A stretch of DNA of 64,000 nucleotides from a virus (lineage: Duplodnaviria > Heunggongvirae > Uroviricota > Caudoviricetes): positions 162,789-226,788 of IMG/VR virus record IMGVR_UViG_2974506819_000001; one strand, 5' to 3'. The position numbers and the translations under genes were made by a program. Below the pieces are notes generated by a model that saw only the letters and a program-made list of their open reading frames with translations, did not search any database and was not told the DNA's origin. Below, piece by piece: positions 35,872 through 46,100 of the stretch (its first letter is position 1; each line of letters starts with the position of its first letter).

Positions 35872-36246
35872 ATGGTTTTACCAACAACTCTTCCGACCTC
35901 ACTTTTGGTCATCGCAGACAGCAACTTCGTTAACATTTGCCAAAACCCCGACGAGTATTTTGAAAAACTGAAATCCGTTGTGGGTAAACATGCTGAGAAC
36001 GGCGTGGTGCTTTATACCGTTCCTGGCAAATACGGGATTAACAGCCTCGACAAAGAAATCGAAGCTATCCCGGTTGTGGACCGTAACAAAACTGTCTTTA
36101 TGCAGACGCTGGAAAACAGTGCATCGATGTACGACGAGTTGCTGATCGTCAGCATCGCAGAAGAAGACAACTTTATCAATGGCGCGATTGAAGTGATGAC
36201 CAACCTCAATAAGTCCATCACCCACTATCGTTATAACCGCAAATAA
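35872..36246 (+). CDS. Hypothetical protein
   Basis: 124-aa ORF with SD AGGTG. Confidence 0.65.
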   Translation: MVLPTTLPTSLLVIADSNFVNICQNPDEYFEKLKSVVGKHAENGVVLYTVPGKYGINSLDKEIEAIPVVDRNKTVFMQTLENSASMYDELLIVSIAEEDNFINGAIEVMTNLNKSITHYRYNRK

Positions 36247-36261
36247 GAGTAGGGGGTTATT

Positions 36262-36942
36262 ATGCCAGGGAACCGTAAAGCCTTTGAAACATTTGTTTTT
36301 GAGTTCATGGGCTCACTCACTAAAGGCGGTGGTAACCGAAAGATTTACGAACGCCTTTTTAGCCAGATGAACGACAAGCAGATGGACATGTTTGTGGATA
36401 AACTGGAACAGGGTATGCCGTTAAGTGTCTGGGCGAGCAACTTCGAAAAAGCAGAGATGTTTAATTACGAAGGGTTGCTCAAGATCTGCGACAAATACGG
36501 CTTGCCAATGGAACAGCAGTTGGTGGTGTATGACCAGGACACTGGGATTAAATCACTGACACCGATTAAGTACGTGGTCGGCACTGCTGAGATCCGTAAA
36601 CAGCGTCAGATGCAGGTGAAAAAGTTTGGTGTCTCGAAAGACGACTCCAAAGTAGAAGACTTGACCGGGCAGGTAATGGGGGAAAGCCGTGCTGCAGGTT
36701 TGAGTATTCCGGAAGTTCAGGTATTGGATAACTTGGGACTCCCGACGTTGGCCAACGAACTGTATAACGTCAAGGGTGGGGACCTGGACGCGCTGAAGGT
36801 ATTCCGTAACGAACTGATTACCACGGGTAAAGCCACCACCAATGCGGCACTTAAACAGGGAACCGGTGCCAAGGTGTTGAAGACGGCGCACTTTATCTTA
36901 CTGGGTCGCCATATCCAATCCAATATTCATGAGAGGGACTAA
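36262..36942 (+). CDS. Virion RNA polymerase, beta C-terminal fragment (phiKZ gp149-like)
   Basis: GQVMGESRAAGLSIPEVQVLDNLG...ELYNVKGGD aligns with the RpoB C-terminal GQRFGEMEV...ELLTVKSDD region. Confidence 0.75.
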   Translation: MPGNRKAFETFVFEFMGSLTKGGGNRKIYERLFSQMNDKQMDMFVDKLEQGMPLSVWASNFEKAEMFNYEGLLKICDKYGLPMEQQLVVYDQDTGIKSLTPIKYVVGTAEIRKQRQMQVKKFGVSKDDSKVEDLTGQVMGESRAAGLSIPEVQVLDNLGLPTLANELYNVKGGDLDALKVFRNELITTGKATTNAALKQGTGAKVLKTAHFILLGRHIQSNIHERD

Positions 36943-37361
36943 TGAAGTCTTTACAAACCCTACGGGATATTGTCATCGATAACTTCGAACGCAGCTTGGC
37001 AATTCCGCAGTTAGCCAACATGCACAACATCATGATGCTATCGATGTTAAAACAACCCATCCTCAGTTTTGAAGAAGGGTACAAGTCTTTCTGTTCGCAG
37101 ATTGCAGAGAGCGCCGACGCCTACGATGCCTGGATGGTTACCATCTATGACATCAGCGCCGCCTTGGGTGATTTCAAGATGGTGATTGAGGAGTTGAATA
37201 CTTATAATAACAACTTCAAAACCAGCCTGAACGCCGGGTCCCAAATCAGCTATGAGTTTTCTGATAAAGACCTACCGTTTGTTATCGCCTTCGCCTACCG
37301 CATCACGTTGCCGATGTTAACGGCCGCTGCGCCAGTACCTGAAAAAGGTAATGCCGCATGA
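36942..37361 (+). CDS. Hypothetical protein
   Basis: 139-aa ORF coupled (TAATG) to the upstream gene. Confidence 0.7.
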   Translation: MKSLQTLRDIVIDNFERSLAIPQLANMHNIMMLSMLKQPILSFEEGYKSFCSQIAESADAYDAWMVTIYDISAALGDFKMVIEELNTYNNNFKTSLNAGSQISYEFSDKDLPFVIAFAYRITLPMLTAAAPVPEKGNAA

Positions 37362-38101
37362 GTGGGTTAAATCGAGTTTTAAAAATCTACACCGAGCTGG
37401 ACGCGTTGTTTGATTATCGACGTGGATTGGTACAGCATCTGTTGACCAGTCACAAGTCGTACCCGTCAGACGATGTGCGTAAAGCCGACGGTGATAAACA
37501 GTGGGAGCTTTACCTGGAAGGGCGTTATCGGAAACGTCGTTTAGACAACTTCGATATCCCTGAGCTGAAGTTATCCACCGCTGACTACCAGGCGTTGTAC
37601 AAAGAGCGTCGTTTGGAACACTTCCTGATGTACTATCCCAGTGCATTAGAGAAGCACATGTTCAAGATGGTAATGGATATGGAAATGCTCGATACCATGA
37701 CACCCAGCATCAAGGGTGCGACATTGTACGTGAATACCTTTCCTTATCAGCTCGACACTGAATTGAATGCGCTACTGCTGGACACCGTGAACCGTCGGTT
37801 TGGAGGACGCTATGACGTCCAACTGGTACACGCTGATCCCCGAAGCTTTACTGCCCATACCTTTGGTCAGTATGATTACGTGTTCAAGTACGACATCCTG
37901 CTGGGGGATTACGAGTGGTTCGTGAAGAGCCTACTGGAAACCCAGATTCCCGCTACCACGTTCTTTGTGCCTTCCCTGTTCCTTGCTGAGAATGACATGA
38001 TTGTCGGTGGGCCGGAAGACATGATTTATGCGCTAGCGGCGACGCTTTCACCGGCTATTAAGTTGGTGCCGTGTAATGCTGTGATTTACGATTACGCGTG
38101 A
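37358..38101 (+). CDS. Hypothetical protein with a HAD-like N-terminal motif
   Basis: IYTELDALFDYR resembles a degenerate HAD motif I; ATGA overlap with the upstream gene. Confidence 0.6.
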   Translation: MSGLNRVLKIYTELDALFDYRRGLVQHLLTSHKSYPSDDVRKADGDKQWELYLEGRYRKRRLDNFDIPELKLSTADYQALYKERRLEHFLMYYPSALEKHMFKMVMDMEMLDTMTPSIKGATLYVNTFPYQLDTELNALLLDTVNRRFGGRYDVQLVHADPRSFTAHTFGQYDYVFKYDILLGDYEWFVKSLLETQIPATTFFVPSLFLAENDMIVGGPEDMIYALAATLSPAIKLVPCNAVIYDYA

Positions 38102-38111
38102 GCATAAACAC

Positions 38112-38145
38112 TATAACCTGCCTGGGACATCCCAGGCAGGTTATA
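38112..38145. terminator. Bidirectional terminator
   Basis: 16-bp perfect arms TATAACCTGCCTGGGA/TCCCAGGCAGGTTATA between convergent genes. Confidence 0.75.
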
Positions 38146-38155
38146 ATTATGTGTG

Positions 38156-38653
38156 TTACATCGGGTTACCGTCCAAGTCAACAAGCTGGTTACCCATTTC
38201 CAGTTCCTCAGTATTAATCGGTTTAATGCCCTCTCGAATCGAGAGCAAGGATTGTGACGGGTCCAACATAAACGAATCCATGGTAAAGGTCGGGATATTG
38301 ATTTCGCCGTTGGAGATTTTCTTCATGGCGTCCAACATCTGGTTGAAGCTGACCTTGTTGTCTTCGTTCTCTTTCTTCTTCAGACGCTCTTTGCGGTCGT
38401 CACGTACGGCTTTCTCTAACTGAGCCACCAACGTGGTTACAGCCTCCAACATTTTGGGGTTGTTCGGCTTCTTAACAAACTGCAGCGTCGCGTAGTTGAG
38501 GATCATGGACCGGTGTTGTTGAAGCGCGTCTACCAGAAACGTTTGGTCTACGTCTTCGTCATTACGGGCCAGCTGTTGTTGGATATTGAGTAGGACTTTG
38601 GTGACCTCCTCAGTGTCGACCTTGTTGTCGACAGCGTTATCTTCATAGTCCAT
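38156..38653 (-). CDS. Hypothetical coiled-coil protein
   Basis: 165-aa ORF ending at the terminator. Confidence 0.7.
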   Translation of the reverse strand: MDYEDNAVDNKVDTEEVTKVLLNIQQQLARNDEDVDQTFLVDALQQHRSMILNYATLQFVKKPNNPKMLEAVTTLVAQLEKAVRDDRKERLKKKENEDNKVSFNQMLDAMKKISNGEINIPTFTMDSFMLDPSQSLLSIREGIKPINTEELEMGNQLVDLDGNPM

Positions 38654-38654
38654 A

Positions 38655-38684
38655 ATTTTTTAAACCTATATTACTAAGGTGCAA
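38655..38684 (+). promoter_or_regulatory. Putative early promoter
   Basis: ATTTTTTAAACCTATATTACTAAGGTGCA; contains the exact phiKZ early element TATATTAC. Confidence 0.65.
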
Positions 38685-38712
38685 TGGTAAACTTTATTGA
38701 AGGGTTCTACCC

Positions 38713-39291
38713 ATGAAAATACTAAAAAAGCTGGTGCATGTCTTACCATGGGGGTTTTTACAGAAACGCCTGTATAAGAAAATGTTGGTGGAATTAGAAC
38801 AGATCGACCAGCGCTTCCTTTCTCCTCGTAAACGCTACGTTGACGTTCTCCGTGACCTATACGATTGCGTGAATGGCGTGGATATCCCGCTGATAGAGGA
38901 CTTTAAACGTTTTAAACAGCAAACCGTATCAATAAACTTTAAAAGCTCTCAGAGCGCTTCTGAGTTAGTTCTAGAGTTGTTAGAAGAAAAGCGTCCCAAC
39001 TGGGAGCCGTTCTTTGAACAACTCACACCGGACAGAGAAGAACGGTTGATTGATTGGTACAGTAATCAAAGCAGTGTTAATGCCTTTATGTTGGGTGGCT
39101 TAACAGTAATTTCTTACTATTCCAATTATATTACCTATAAGGACGTTCGCCTCTCAACACCGGATGTTGACATAGAAGCACCTTTCTTACCTGAGTTGGT
39201 AAGTTTTTTCGAAAGTAAGCACTTTAAGTTGTTGGTATCAGATCTCATTACTGTGTACTGGTTAGCACTGGACAGTAATGTAAGCAGATAG
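38713..39291 (+). CDS. Hypothetical protein (putative early gene)
   Basis: 192-aa AT-rich ORF with SD AAGGG. Confidence 0.7.
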   Translation: MKILKKLVHVLPWGFLQKRLYKKMLVELEQIDQRFLSPRKRYVDVLRDLYDCVNGVDIPLIEDFKRFKQQTVSINFKSSQSASELVLELLEEKRPNWEPFFEQLTPDREERLIDWYSNQSSVNAFMLGGLTVISYYSNYITYKDVRLSTPDVDIEAPFLPELVSFFESKHFKLLVSDLITVYWLALDSNVSR

Positions 39292-39299
39292 GAGTTTTT

Positions 39300-39737
39300 A
39301 TGACTTCACCCTTAAGAAGGAAATCTCAGGCTCAGGGCATGAGCGGAATCTCGGCCAAGTACGTTGAGGACAATCAATTACGCGATACTCCGGCGCGCTT
39401 GTTCCGAAAGATTCTGAATGCTATGGGCATGAATCCACCAATGTGGTCGAAGCTGTTACGAGAGTACTTAGGTTGGGTGGTAACCACGAAAGACCGTGAG
39501 AAAGCCAAGAATGAACGTATCCATCAGACGGGAAATATTAAAAGCAGTTATTTCCAAAGCCCGACGCTTACGTTCAACAAACTCCTGGCCGGCCTTTCTA
39601 TCTTACAGATGAAAGAATGTGAGATTATCATTCGGGTTAAGGACAAAGAAGGTCAGATTATTGAAGTGAGTGAGACGCTCCGCGTTATGGGCCCGCCTAC
39701 TAAAAGACCTGACGACAAAACTTCTTCGGAACAGTAA
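39300..39737 (+). CDS. Hypothetical basic protein
   Basis: 145-aa ORF with SD AGGAG. Confidence 0.7.
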   Translation: MTSPLRRKSQAQGMSGISAKYVEDNQLRDTPARLFRKILNAMGMNPPMWSKLLREYLGWVVTTKDREKAKNERIHQTGNIKSSYFQSPTLTFNKLLAGLSILQMKECEIIIRVKDKEGQIIEVSETLRVMGPPTKRPDDKTSSEQ

Positions 39738-39747
39738 CCACCTAATT

Positions 39748-39800
39748 GCTGTGACTTCCTTCGGGGAGTCACAGCGCATTGTTTCCTTCTTTTTATTTTT
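39748..39800 (+). terminator. Intrinsic terminator
   Basis: GCTGTGACTTCC-TTCG-GGGAGTCACAGC followed by a T-rich tract. Confidence 0.7.
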
Positions 39801-39809
39801 GGGGTCTTT

Positions 39810-40919
39810 ATGAGCTCACTCTTTGATAACCTGGATTTAGGCAGCAGCTTAGATACGTTCAAGAAGAACACCAGTAATGCCATGAACACCGTGAAGTCGA
39901 GTATTCTGACCCCGGTAAACGCAGTCACTGAAAAGGTCAACGACGGCATTGCGTTGATTAAAAGCACAGACAGTAAACTGCAGTCGGTGATTTCAGAATA
40001 CCGTTCAGCCGCAGTAGAACAGTTAGACGGTATTATCGGTGCACTGTCAGGCGGGATGTTAAACACCTCTGACCTCACCAAGATGGTAAAGATTGGTCCG
40101 GACGGTGTTACGTTCAGTCCTGATGATTTGGTACGGGATGTTGGTAACAAAATTGGACTGGACATCGGCGGTGACGGCAACGGCTTTATGCGTCAGATTG
40201 CAGGTGGTATCAACAGCCAGTTCAACTCTATTACCAGCGGGTATTTTGGGGACCTGGTCAGTACCGACGGCAAGACATTTAAAATCAGCAAGAACTGGCG
40301 TGGGCAAGGTGGCGCTGCCATGCTGGATATGCTGCGTCGTTACGGTGGGGTGGATGATCTGATTGACGTTAGCGTCACCAACAGCTTCTACAATACCCTG
40401 TTGTACAACTCTGCTCAGTTCGGGATGTCCGACAGCTATGCATCTATCATTGCCAAGTATCAGTTTAAGAAAGATGCTCAGGCCGCGTTACTGGAAGCCA
40501 TTCAGTATATGTTGGCCAACGGCGACGTAGATTCGTTGCAGAAGGTGTTGGAGATTATGGACAAGGACGGGGTAATGAGTGTGAATGCCAAATACCCGGA
40601 ATTTGTTGAGAACCTGCTCAGCAAGTTTACCTTTGCCGCTAACACTTATCCTGAAGAGTATCCGGCGATTCGTGAAAAGCTGATTAACGTTCTGAATAAA
40701 TTCGCGGGTCCGTCATGGTATCTGCGGGTAACCCAATTTGGGTCAGCGTACAACTTGGCCTTGACGTCACAAATCAGTGCCGATGTGGTAACCCTGTTCA
40801 TGGAAGACAATGAGTACGCACCTCTGCTGTATACCAGCGGCATGTTCCAGGACGACAACGCCATTACGGTTCTGAAGAATCAATTCCCTTCAGCACCTAT
40901 TATGTCTGCGAACCTATAA
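39810..40919 (+). CDS. Probable virion structural protein
   Basis: 369-aa ORF adjacent to the tail genes. Confidence 0.6.
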   Translation: MSSLFDNLDLGSSLDTFKKNTSNAMNTVKSSILTPVNAVTEKVNDGIALIKSTDSKLQSVISEYRSAAVEQLDGIIGALSGGMLNTSDLTKMVKIGPDGVTFSPDDLVRDVGNKIGLDIGGDGNGFMRQIAGGINSQFNSITSGYFGDLVSTDGKTFKISKNWRGQGGAAMLDMLRRYGGVDDLIDVSVTNSFYNTLLYNSAQFGMSDSYASIIAKYQFKKDAQAALLEAIQYMLANGDVDSLQKVLEIMDKDGVMSVNAKYPEFVENLLSKFTFAANTYPEEYPAIREKLINVLNKFAGPSWYLRVTQFGSAYNLALTSQISADVVTLFMEDNEYAPLLYTSGMFQDDNAITVLKNQFPSAPIMSANL

Positions 40920-40922
40920 GTC

Positions 40923-40952
40923 TACTCCTACTCCCGTTGGGGAGTAGGAGTA
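40923..40952. terminator. Bidirectional terminator, identical to 1975-2004
   Basis: TACTCCTACTCCCGTTGGGGAGTAGGAGTA between convergent genes. Confidence 0.75.
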
Positions 40953-40965
40953 GTAACCTTATTTT

Positions 40966-43110
40966 TTATCGTGCGATTGGTTTAATAAAGATACGCGCCA
41001 CGTCACTGATTAATGAGTCGGTGACTTTCGATGCAATGTTGGATGCACGGAAAGACTGTTTCATGTCCAGTGATGCCGTGGTAAGCATACGGTTCAAACG
41101 GCTGTACTTCAATACCGTGTCCAGGTAATCCATCCCGGTTAAACGTGCCAGGTAGTTGTTGTACCCTGTATCGTCGCTCATCATACGTTTGACAGCAGCG
41201 GCTGGGTTCGTCATATCCAACAACGTCATACCACGTTTAATAGGTACTGTTACCATTGGGTCCAGGTCAACGAGATCCAGTTCAATACGTAGGTTCAGTG
41301 GCTTACGGTCACGCGTCCAACCACGGTCACCTTCCCCTAACGTAAAGCGAGCACTTTCAATCATCCCGGTACGGATAAAGGTTTTGCTCTTAGAGAACGC
41401 CCTTATCATAAACGGTGAGGTGTAGGCTGAACCACCCGCTGAGAACCCCGCCACTAACGGTAATACCAACGCCATCAGAATCCAGATTTTGGTAATCTGT
41501 TCATACGGATGGGCATAGTTACAGCGAGAGGTGATGACAAAGGTTTCACGGTGCAGGTTAACGCTGCTGCTTTCCCAGTGGTCTGGTACTTTGATGTAGG
41601 CGTTGTTTGCCAGGGCTAAAGGAATGTTCCCCAATACCGTACCGGCTAATGCACCTTGACCAAAATCTGTTACACGTTGAATTACGGAGTCAATAATCCC
41701 AATCCCGGTTTGACCGCCAGCCAAGTCAAATTTAAAATCGTTGGTAGCTTTTACCATGGAGTTAAACTTGTCAGCTAACGGGGACTTGGTCATGGAACTG
41801 CTGAAGGTATCGGTTACCGCACCGCCTGCTTCGACACGGAACGTCACCGCATCCAAACCACCGTAGAGGGCTGTTTGAATCAGGTCACCGATATTGCCCA
41901 GCCAAGAACGGTTATCGACGTCATCCCGATAATACCCATCCGTACCTGCTGCGGCTTGTTCCGATGCACTCGGTGACGCCGGCTGGGGTTTAATCCCGTT
42001 CTCGTTGGGGTTAGCGCCATAGCTTTGATTAGAAATCTTGTTAATCATTGCCTGCAGTGATGTGGTCTGACCATCTTCAGTACCGGTAGTGGTTGCCCCA
42101 ATGCTGGAGTTGTTCGGGTCTTCTGCGGCTTTGGCATTTAAGTAAGAACTTTCGGTTTCGGTAAACGAGCCTTCGTTCTCACGGTATTGCCCCACCGTGT
42201 TCATTTCCCGTTCAACATATTCACTGCTGGGGTTACCGGAAATCACTGTGCCGTTGAACTGGGTTTCTTCAACCAGCTTTTTCAACCGCTCGTGTTTCTC
42301 ATCGGCTGTTCGGATAGTTTCATTATCAACCTCCGCCAGTTTGTTAATGAGGTAACGGTATTTACGCGTACCACGCATCACCAGACGCATAAGGTCAATG
42401 GTGCCGTCATCGTTAATACAGTCTGGGAACAACTTGTCCAAGCCCTGGATAACGTTGCTGTTATCGTAGTCGGGTTTCAGTCCATGAAGCGGGTCAGTCT
42501 GTTCCAGGTTGGTTTTCGGCAATACTGGGTTAATGTAACCCAGCTTCACCATGAAGTCGTTGAGCACACCGTTGGCTGCCATGATGTAAGAACCCATCGC
42601 AGGCTTAACGGTATAGAACGAGTTCTTCGGGGCTTCAGACAGGAACTGCAAGAACTGCATGGAGATGCTGAAGACCTGCATTGGCCAGAAGGCAATAGAA
42701 CCAGCTGCCTGACCAATATAGAAAGCAGCACTCGGCATACGGCCTTTGTTGGCCATGATGGCTGCTTCGGGGTCGAACATGTTGGTTAAGAAACTCAACA
42801 GCCCAGCAAATTGGGGAACACCTGCTACCAGCGTTAATGTAGTGGCATTGTCATCGTACATCTCTTTGTACATGGTACCCATGCCACCTTCACGGGTCTT
42901 TAAGAAACGACCGTAACGTGGGTCCGTTGCAGGACTGAATTGGGGCAGGGGGTTTAAATGTCGGTTGTCACCGATAGCGCTGGAAAATACGTTGAAGTAT
43001 TTGTCCCAATCGAGTTTTTCCAACAGTTCACTCGGGGGTGCGCCATGGCACATCATTCGAAAAGATTTAGAGATAATGTCTTTATCTCGCGCACTCACCT
43101 GGTTCGCCAT
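40966..43110 (-). CDS. Tail/baseplate structural protein (phiKZ gp182-like by synteny)
   Basis: 714-aa ORF immediately downstream of the giant tail lysin; SD GAGGA. Confidence 0.6.
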   Translation of the reverse strand: MANQVSARDKDIISKSFRMMCHGAPPSELLEKLDWDKYFNVFSSAIGDNRHLNPLPQFSPATDPRYGRFLKTREGGMGTMYKEMYDDNATTLTLVAGVPQFAGLLSFLTNMFDPEAAIMANKGRMPSAAFYIGQAAGSIAFWPMQVFSISMQFLQFLSEAPKNSFYTVKPAMGSYIMAANGVLNDFMVKLGYINPVLPKTNLEQTDPLHGLKPDYDNSNVIQGLDKLFPDCINDDGTIDLMRLVMRGTRKYRYLINKLAEVDNETIRTADEKHERLKKLVEETQFNGTVISGNPSSEYVEREMNTVGQYRENEGSFTETESSYLNAKAAEDPNNSSIGATTTGTEDGQTTSLQAMINKISNQSYGANPNENGIKPQPASPSASEQAAAGTDGYYRDDVDNRSWLGNIGDLIQTALYGGLDAVTFRVEAGGAVTDTFSSSMTKSPLADKFNSMVKATNDFKFDLAGGQTGIGIIDSVIQRVTDFGQGALAGTVLGNIPLALANNAYIKVPDHWESSSVNLHRETFVITSRCNYAHPYEQITKIWILMALVLPLVAGFSAGGSAYTSPFMIRAFSKSKTFIRTGMIESARFTLGEGDRGWTRDRKPLNLRIELDLVDLDPMVTVPIKRGMTLLDMTNPAAAVKRMMSDDTGYNNYLARLTGMDYLDTVLKYSRLNRMLTTASLDMKQSFRASNIASKVTDSLISDVARIFIKPIAR

Positions 43111-43124
43111 CTTTATCCTCGGCT

Positions 43125-43151
43125 AAAAGAAAAGGGGGAGTTTCCTCCCCC
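43125..43151 (-). terminator. Terminator after the giant tail gene
   Basis: On the minus strand: GGGGGAG-GAAA-CTCCCCC followed by TTTTCTTTT. Confidence 0.7.
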
Positions 43152-43156
43152 GGTTG

Positions 43157-46100
43157 TTATACCTTGACACTCTCAGGACGAGAAGCCATGTTCTTGTTGA
43201 GCTCAGTCAACTGCTGAACCATCTGCTGCATTAACTGAATCTGAGCCTGGTCACCTGATGCCAAGACTTTCGCCAGGGTATCAGAGAGTGCACTCAGGTC
43301 CAGAGCAGGTGCAGGCGCTGGAGCAGATTGTGGAGCGGCAGCCGGAGCTGCTGGTGCAGGAGCCATTGGAGGTGTCGCCGGCGTAGGCTGCGGAGCAGCG
43401 GCAGTCGGGTTAACGCCCATTGGACCAGTCGGTGCAGGTGAAGCCGCTTCAGCTCCTCCGTCACCCGCTGGAACACCGTACGGTGAAGGCGGTGCATTAC
43501 GCGGCACTTCACTCGGTGCTTCTGGCATGCCTGGTGTCCGTTCCAGGTTTACCCCTGCTTTACCCAGGAACTTCGCAGCTGACTCTTCAGAGCGTAGGTC
43601 AACGTGGATGTGACCACCCGTGGTGTGAGCTGTGGTGACCTGATACTCGTTAAGAATATAGTAGTCGCCTTTACCCATACCCGCTGACGCCATGATTTGT
43701 TGCACCGCAGCAATGGCTTGAGAAGCACCTGCTGCCCCGTTAGTACAGGTAAAGTCCAAGGCCAGGCCACGTTTGTGCAACGAGTTACCCGGTTTAGACT
43801 GGTGATACGCATCATTCAGCGCTGTGAAACGATTGAAGTTCGGAACCTTAGCCTGAATCAATTCGGCCAGACGTTTTAAGCCCGGATGAATCGGTCCACC
43901 TGCTACAGTTTCCTGAGACTTAATCTTGAGTCCACCGAAATCACTGACGCGACTTCCAGTAGCTTCACCCAACGTACCCATGGTGTTGTTGAAACCATCA
44001 CCGGCGTTGTTGTAGGTCATTCCCGTTGGTGGTGGCGGAGCAACGTTCGTCATGGTTGGGTATGGAGTCCCGCCCATGCTTGGTGCGCCACCTGGACTAC
44101 CTCCTGCTCCTGGTGCAGCCGGTGTACCGGTAGGCAGAGCTGGCGGTGTATTGCCCTGTGCTGGGTTTGGTGTAGCGCCGGCTTCTGTTGGACCTTCTTC
44201 AGGTTTCAACTCACCCCCGGCCAGTTTCGCTAAGTAATCCTTGTACATCGCAAAACGTTTATCCATTCCCGGCAGATCGTTACCACCGTTAAGACCCAAT
44301 GCAGCGTAACCAAAGTTACCGTTCTGGGTAATGGACTGCAATTGCTTAGAGTTCTTAAAGAAGTTCACCGCAATCTTCGCCATGGTCACAGGGTCGGTTG
44401 ATGCGAGTTTCGGGTTGTTCTCCAAATCCACACCAATCTCTTGCCCAATCTTCCGGTAGTTTGCACGACCTGTTAACTGAACAAACCCACGACCACGGTA
44501 CAGCCATCCATCACCCGGTGCGATGTTACCAATCGATGCACCTTTACCGCCACCGTAGACCGTGTTGGCAATTGCCACCGGACCTGCCTGAATTAACTGA
44601 CGGGCTTGTTCTACCGTTTTGATTTCCCGGAACAATTTAACCATCTGTTCAGGGTTGGTGTATTTCATGTTCTCTGTGGTACGCTGGAAGTTACCCGACT
44701 CGTAAGCACACAGCGCCAACATTTCAGCAATGGCACGCGGGTCTTTGAAACCTTGTGCAATCATCTCTTTAATGATGAGCTGTTCGGCAGCTTTACGCGG
44801 TACGGTAACTCCGGTATCATCCCCTGGGTTCTGCTGCACCCCGGCCAAGTTCACCGTTGCCGTATTGGAGTTGCCTTCAATCGGATTGTACTGGTAGAAG
44901 TCAGCAGTGTTGTACAGAGAATGCCCACCGGCACTGAACCCACCCGATTCGCTATTACTGCCACCGCCTCGAGCCTGGTCGGCACGGTTATTGGCGGGAC
45001 CGGTAGCCGGGTTGTACTTCGTCTCCTGTCCGCCGGTTTTGTGTACCTCGTTGGTTTCCACCATCCGTTTAGCACTGGTCTTGGCTGCTTCCTTCATCGG
45101 GTCTGCTAGCTTCGCCTGGTTAGACAGGTTAGCCATCATCTTGAGGGTATCATCTACCTTCATTGTCCGAGGGGAGCTCAGGGTGTAGTGGAACGGCGAC
45201 GTTTTGATATCCCAGATGCTGTAAACTTTATCCTCGATTCGCACCGTGGTGTTCACTAACTCCTGAGCAATCTCATACTTCGCGGTAGCCGTTAAGGTCC
45301 GCCACACATCCTTCGGTAAACCACGACGGTACTTCTGCAGGGTTCTGACATACGTCATCATTACCGGCAGGAAGCGGTCACGGAACCACAGCGCCCAGTC
45401 TTTCGACTTATCCTTATCGATACGGAAGGCATCTTTAAACGCGGCGTAGGCATCACCGGTCTTCCCAACAAAACGCACATCCCCACCCACGAGCTGAATC
45501 TGTCCTTCCATGTAGCGTTCTAACTTAAGGACCGCTTGAACACGCCATGGGGTATTGAACTCGTTACCGTATGCGGCTAAACGTAAGGCCGTCAACAGGT
45601 CCATGGTGCCTTTTTCTGGCAACAGGTCGGAGATGTTGGCTTCCGCTGCAATGCTTCCCGGTTTGTACGCTTTGTTTAACTCCTCGATTTCCTTGTCGAT
45701 TTGTTTGATACGGGCTTCAGCCTGTCGTGCCCCAGCGTAATCCGTGCTTCCCCCAAACAGACCAAACATGCTTGGGTTCTTGGCTTTCTCCTCCAGGGCC
45801 TTCTTCTCTTCCTCGAGTCCTTTCTTTGTAGCTGCTCCCACAGTGCCCAGCGTTTTGATGGTTCCGCCGTTCTTATTCGGGTTCCCGTATTCCTTGTTCA
45901 GGTCTTTCAGGTAATCGCTGACACGCGCCATGGTTTCCTGTTGCGGCAGGATAGCGGTATCTTTATCGATGGATGCCTGAATGCTGTACGGGTTCGGCAT
46001 TAAACTAATCAACGCATCGTGTGCTTTGTTAGCAATCTGCGAAACCTTCAGCGTTTCATCTTTATCGTACTCTTCCAACGTTTTGAACTTCACGCTGTCA

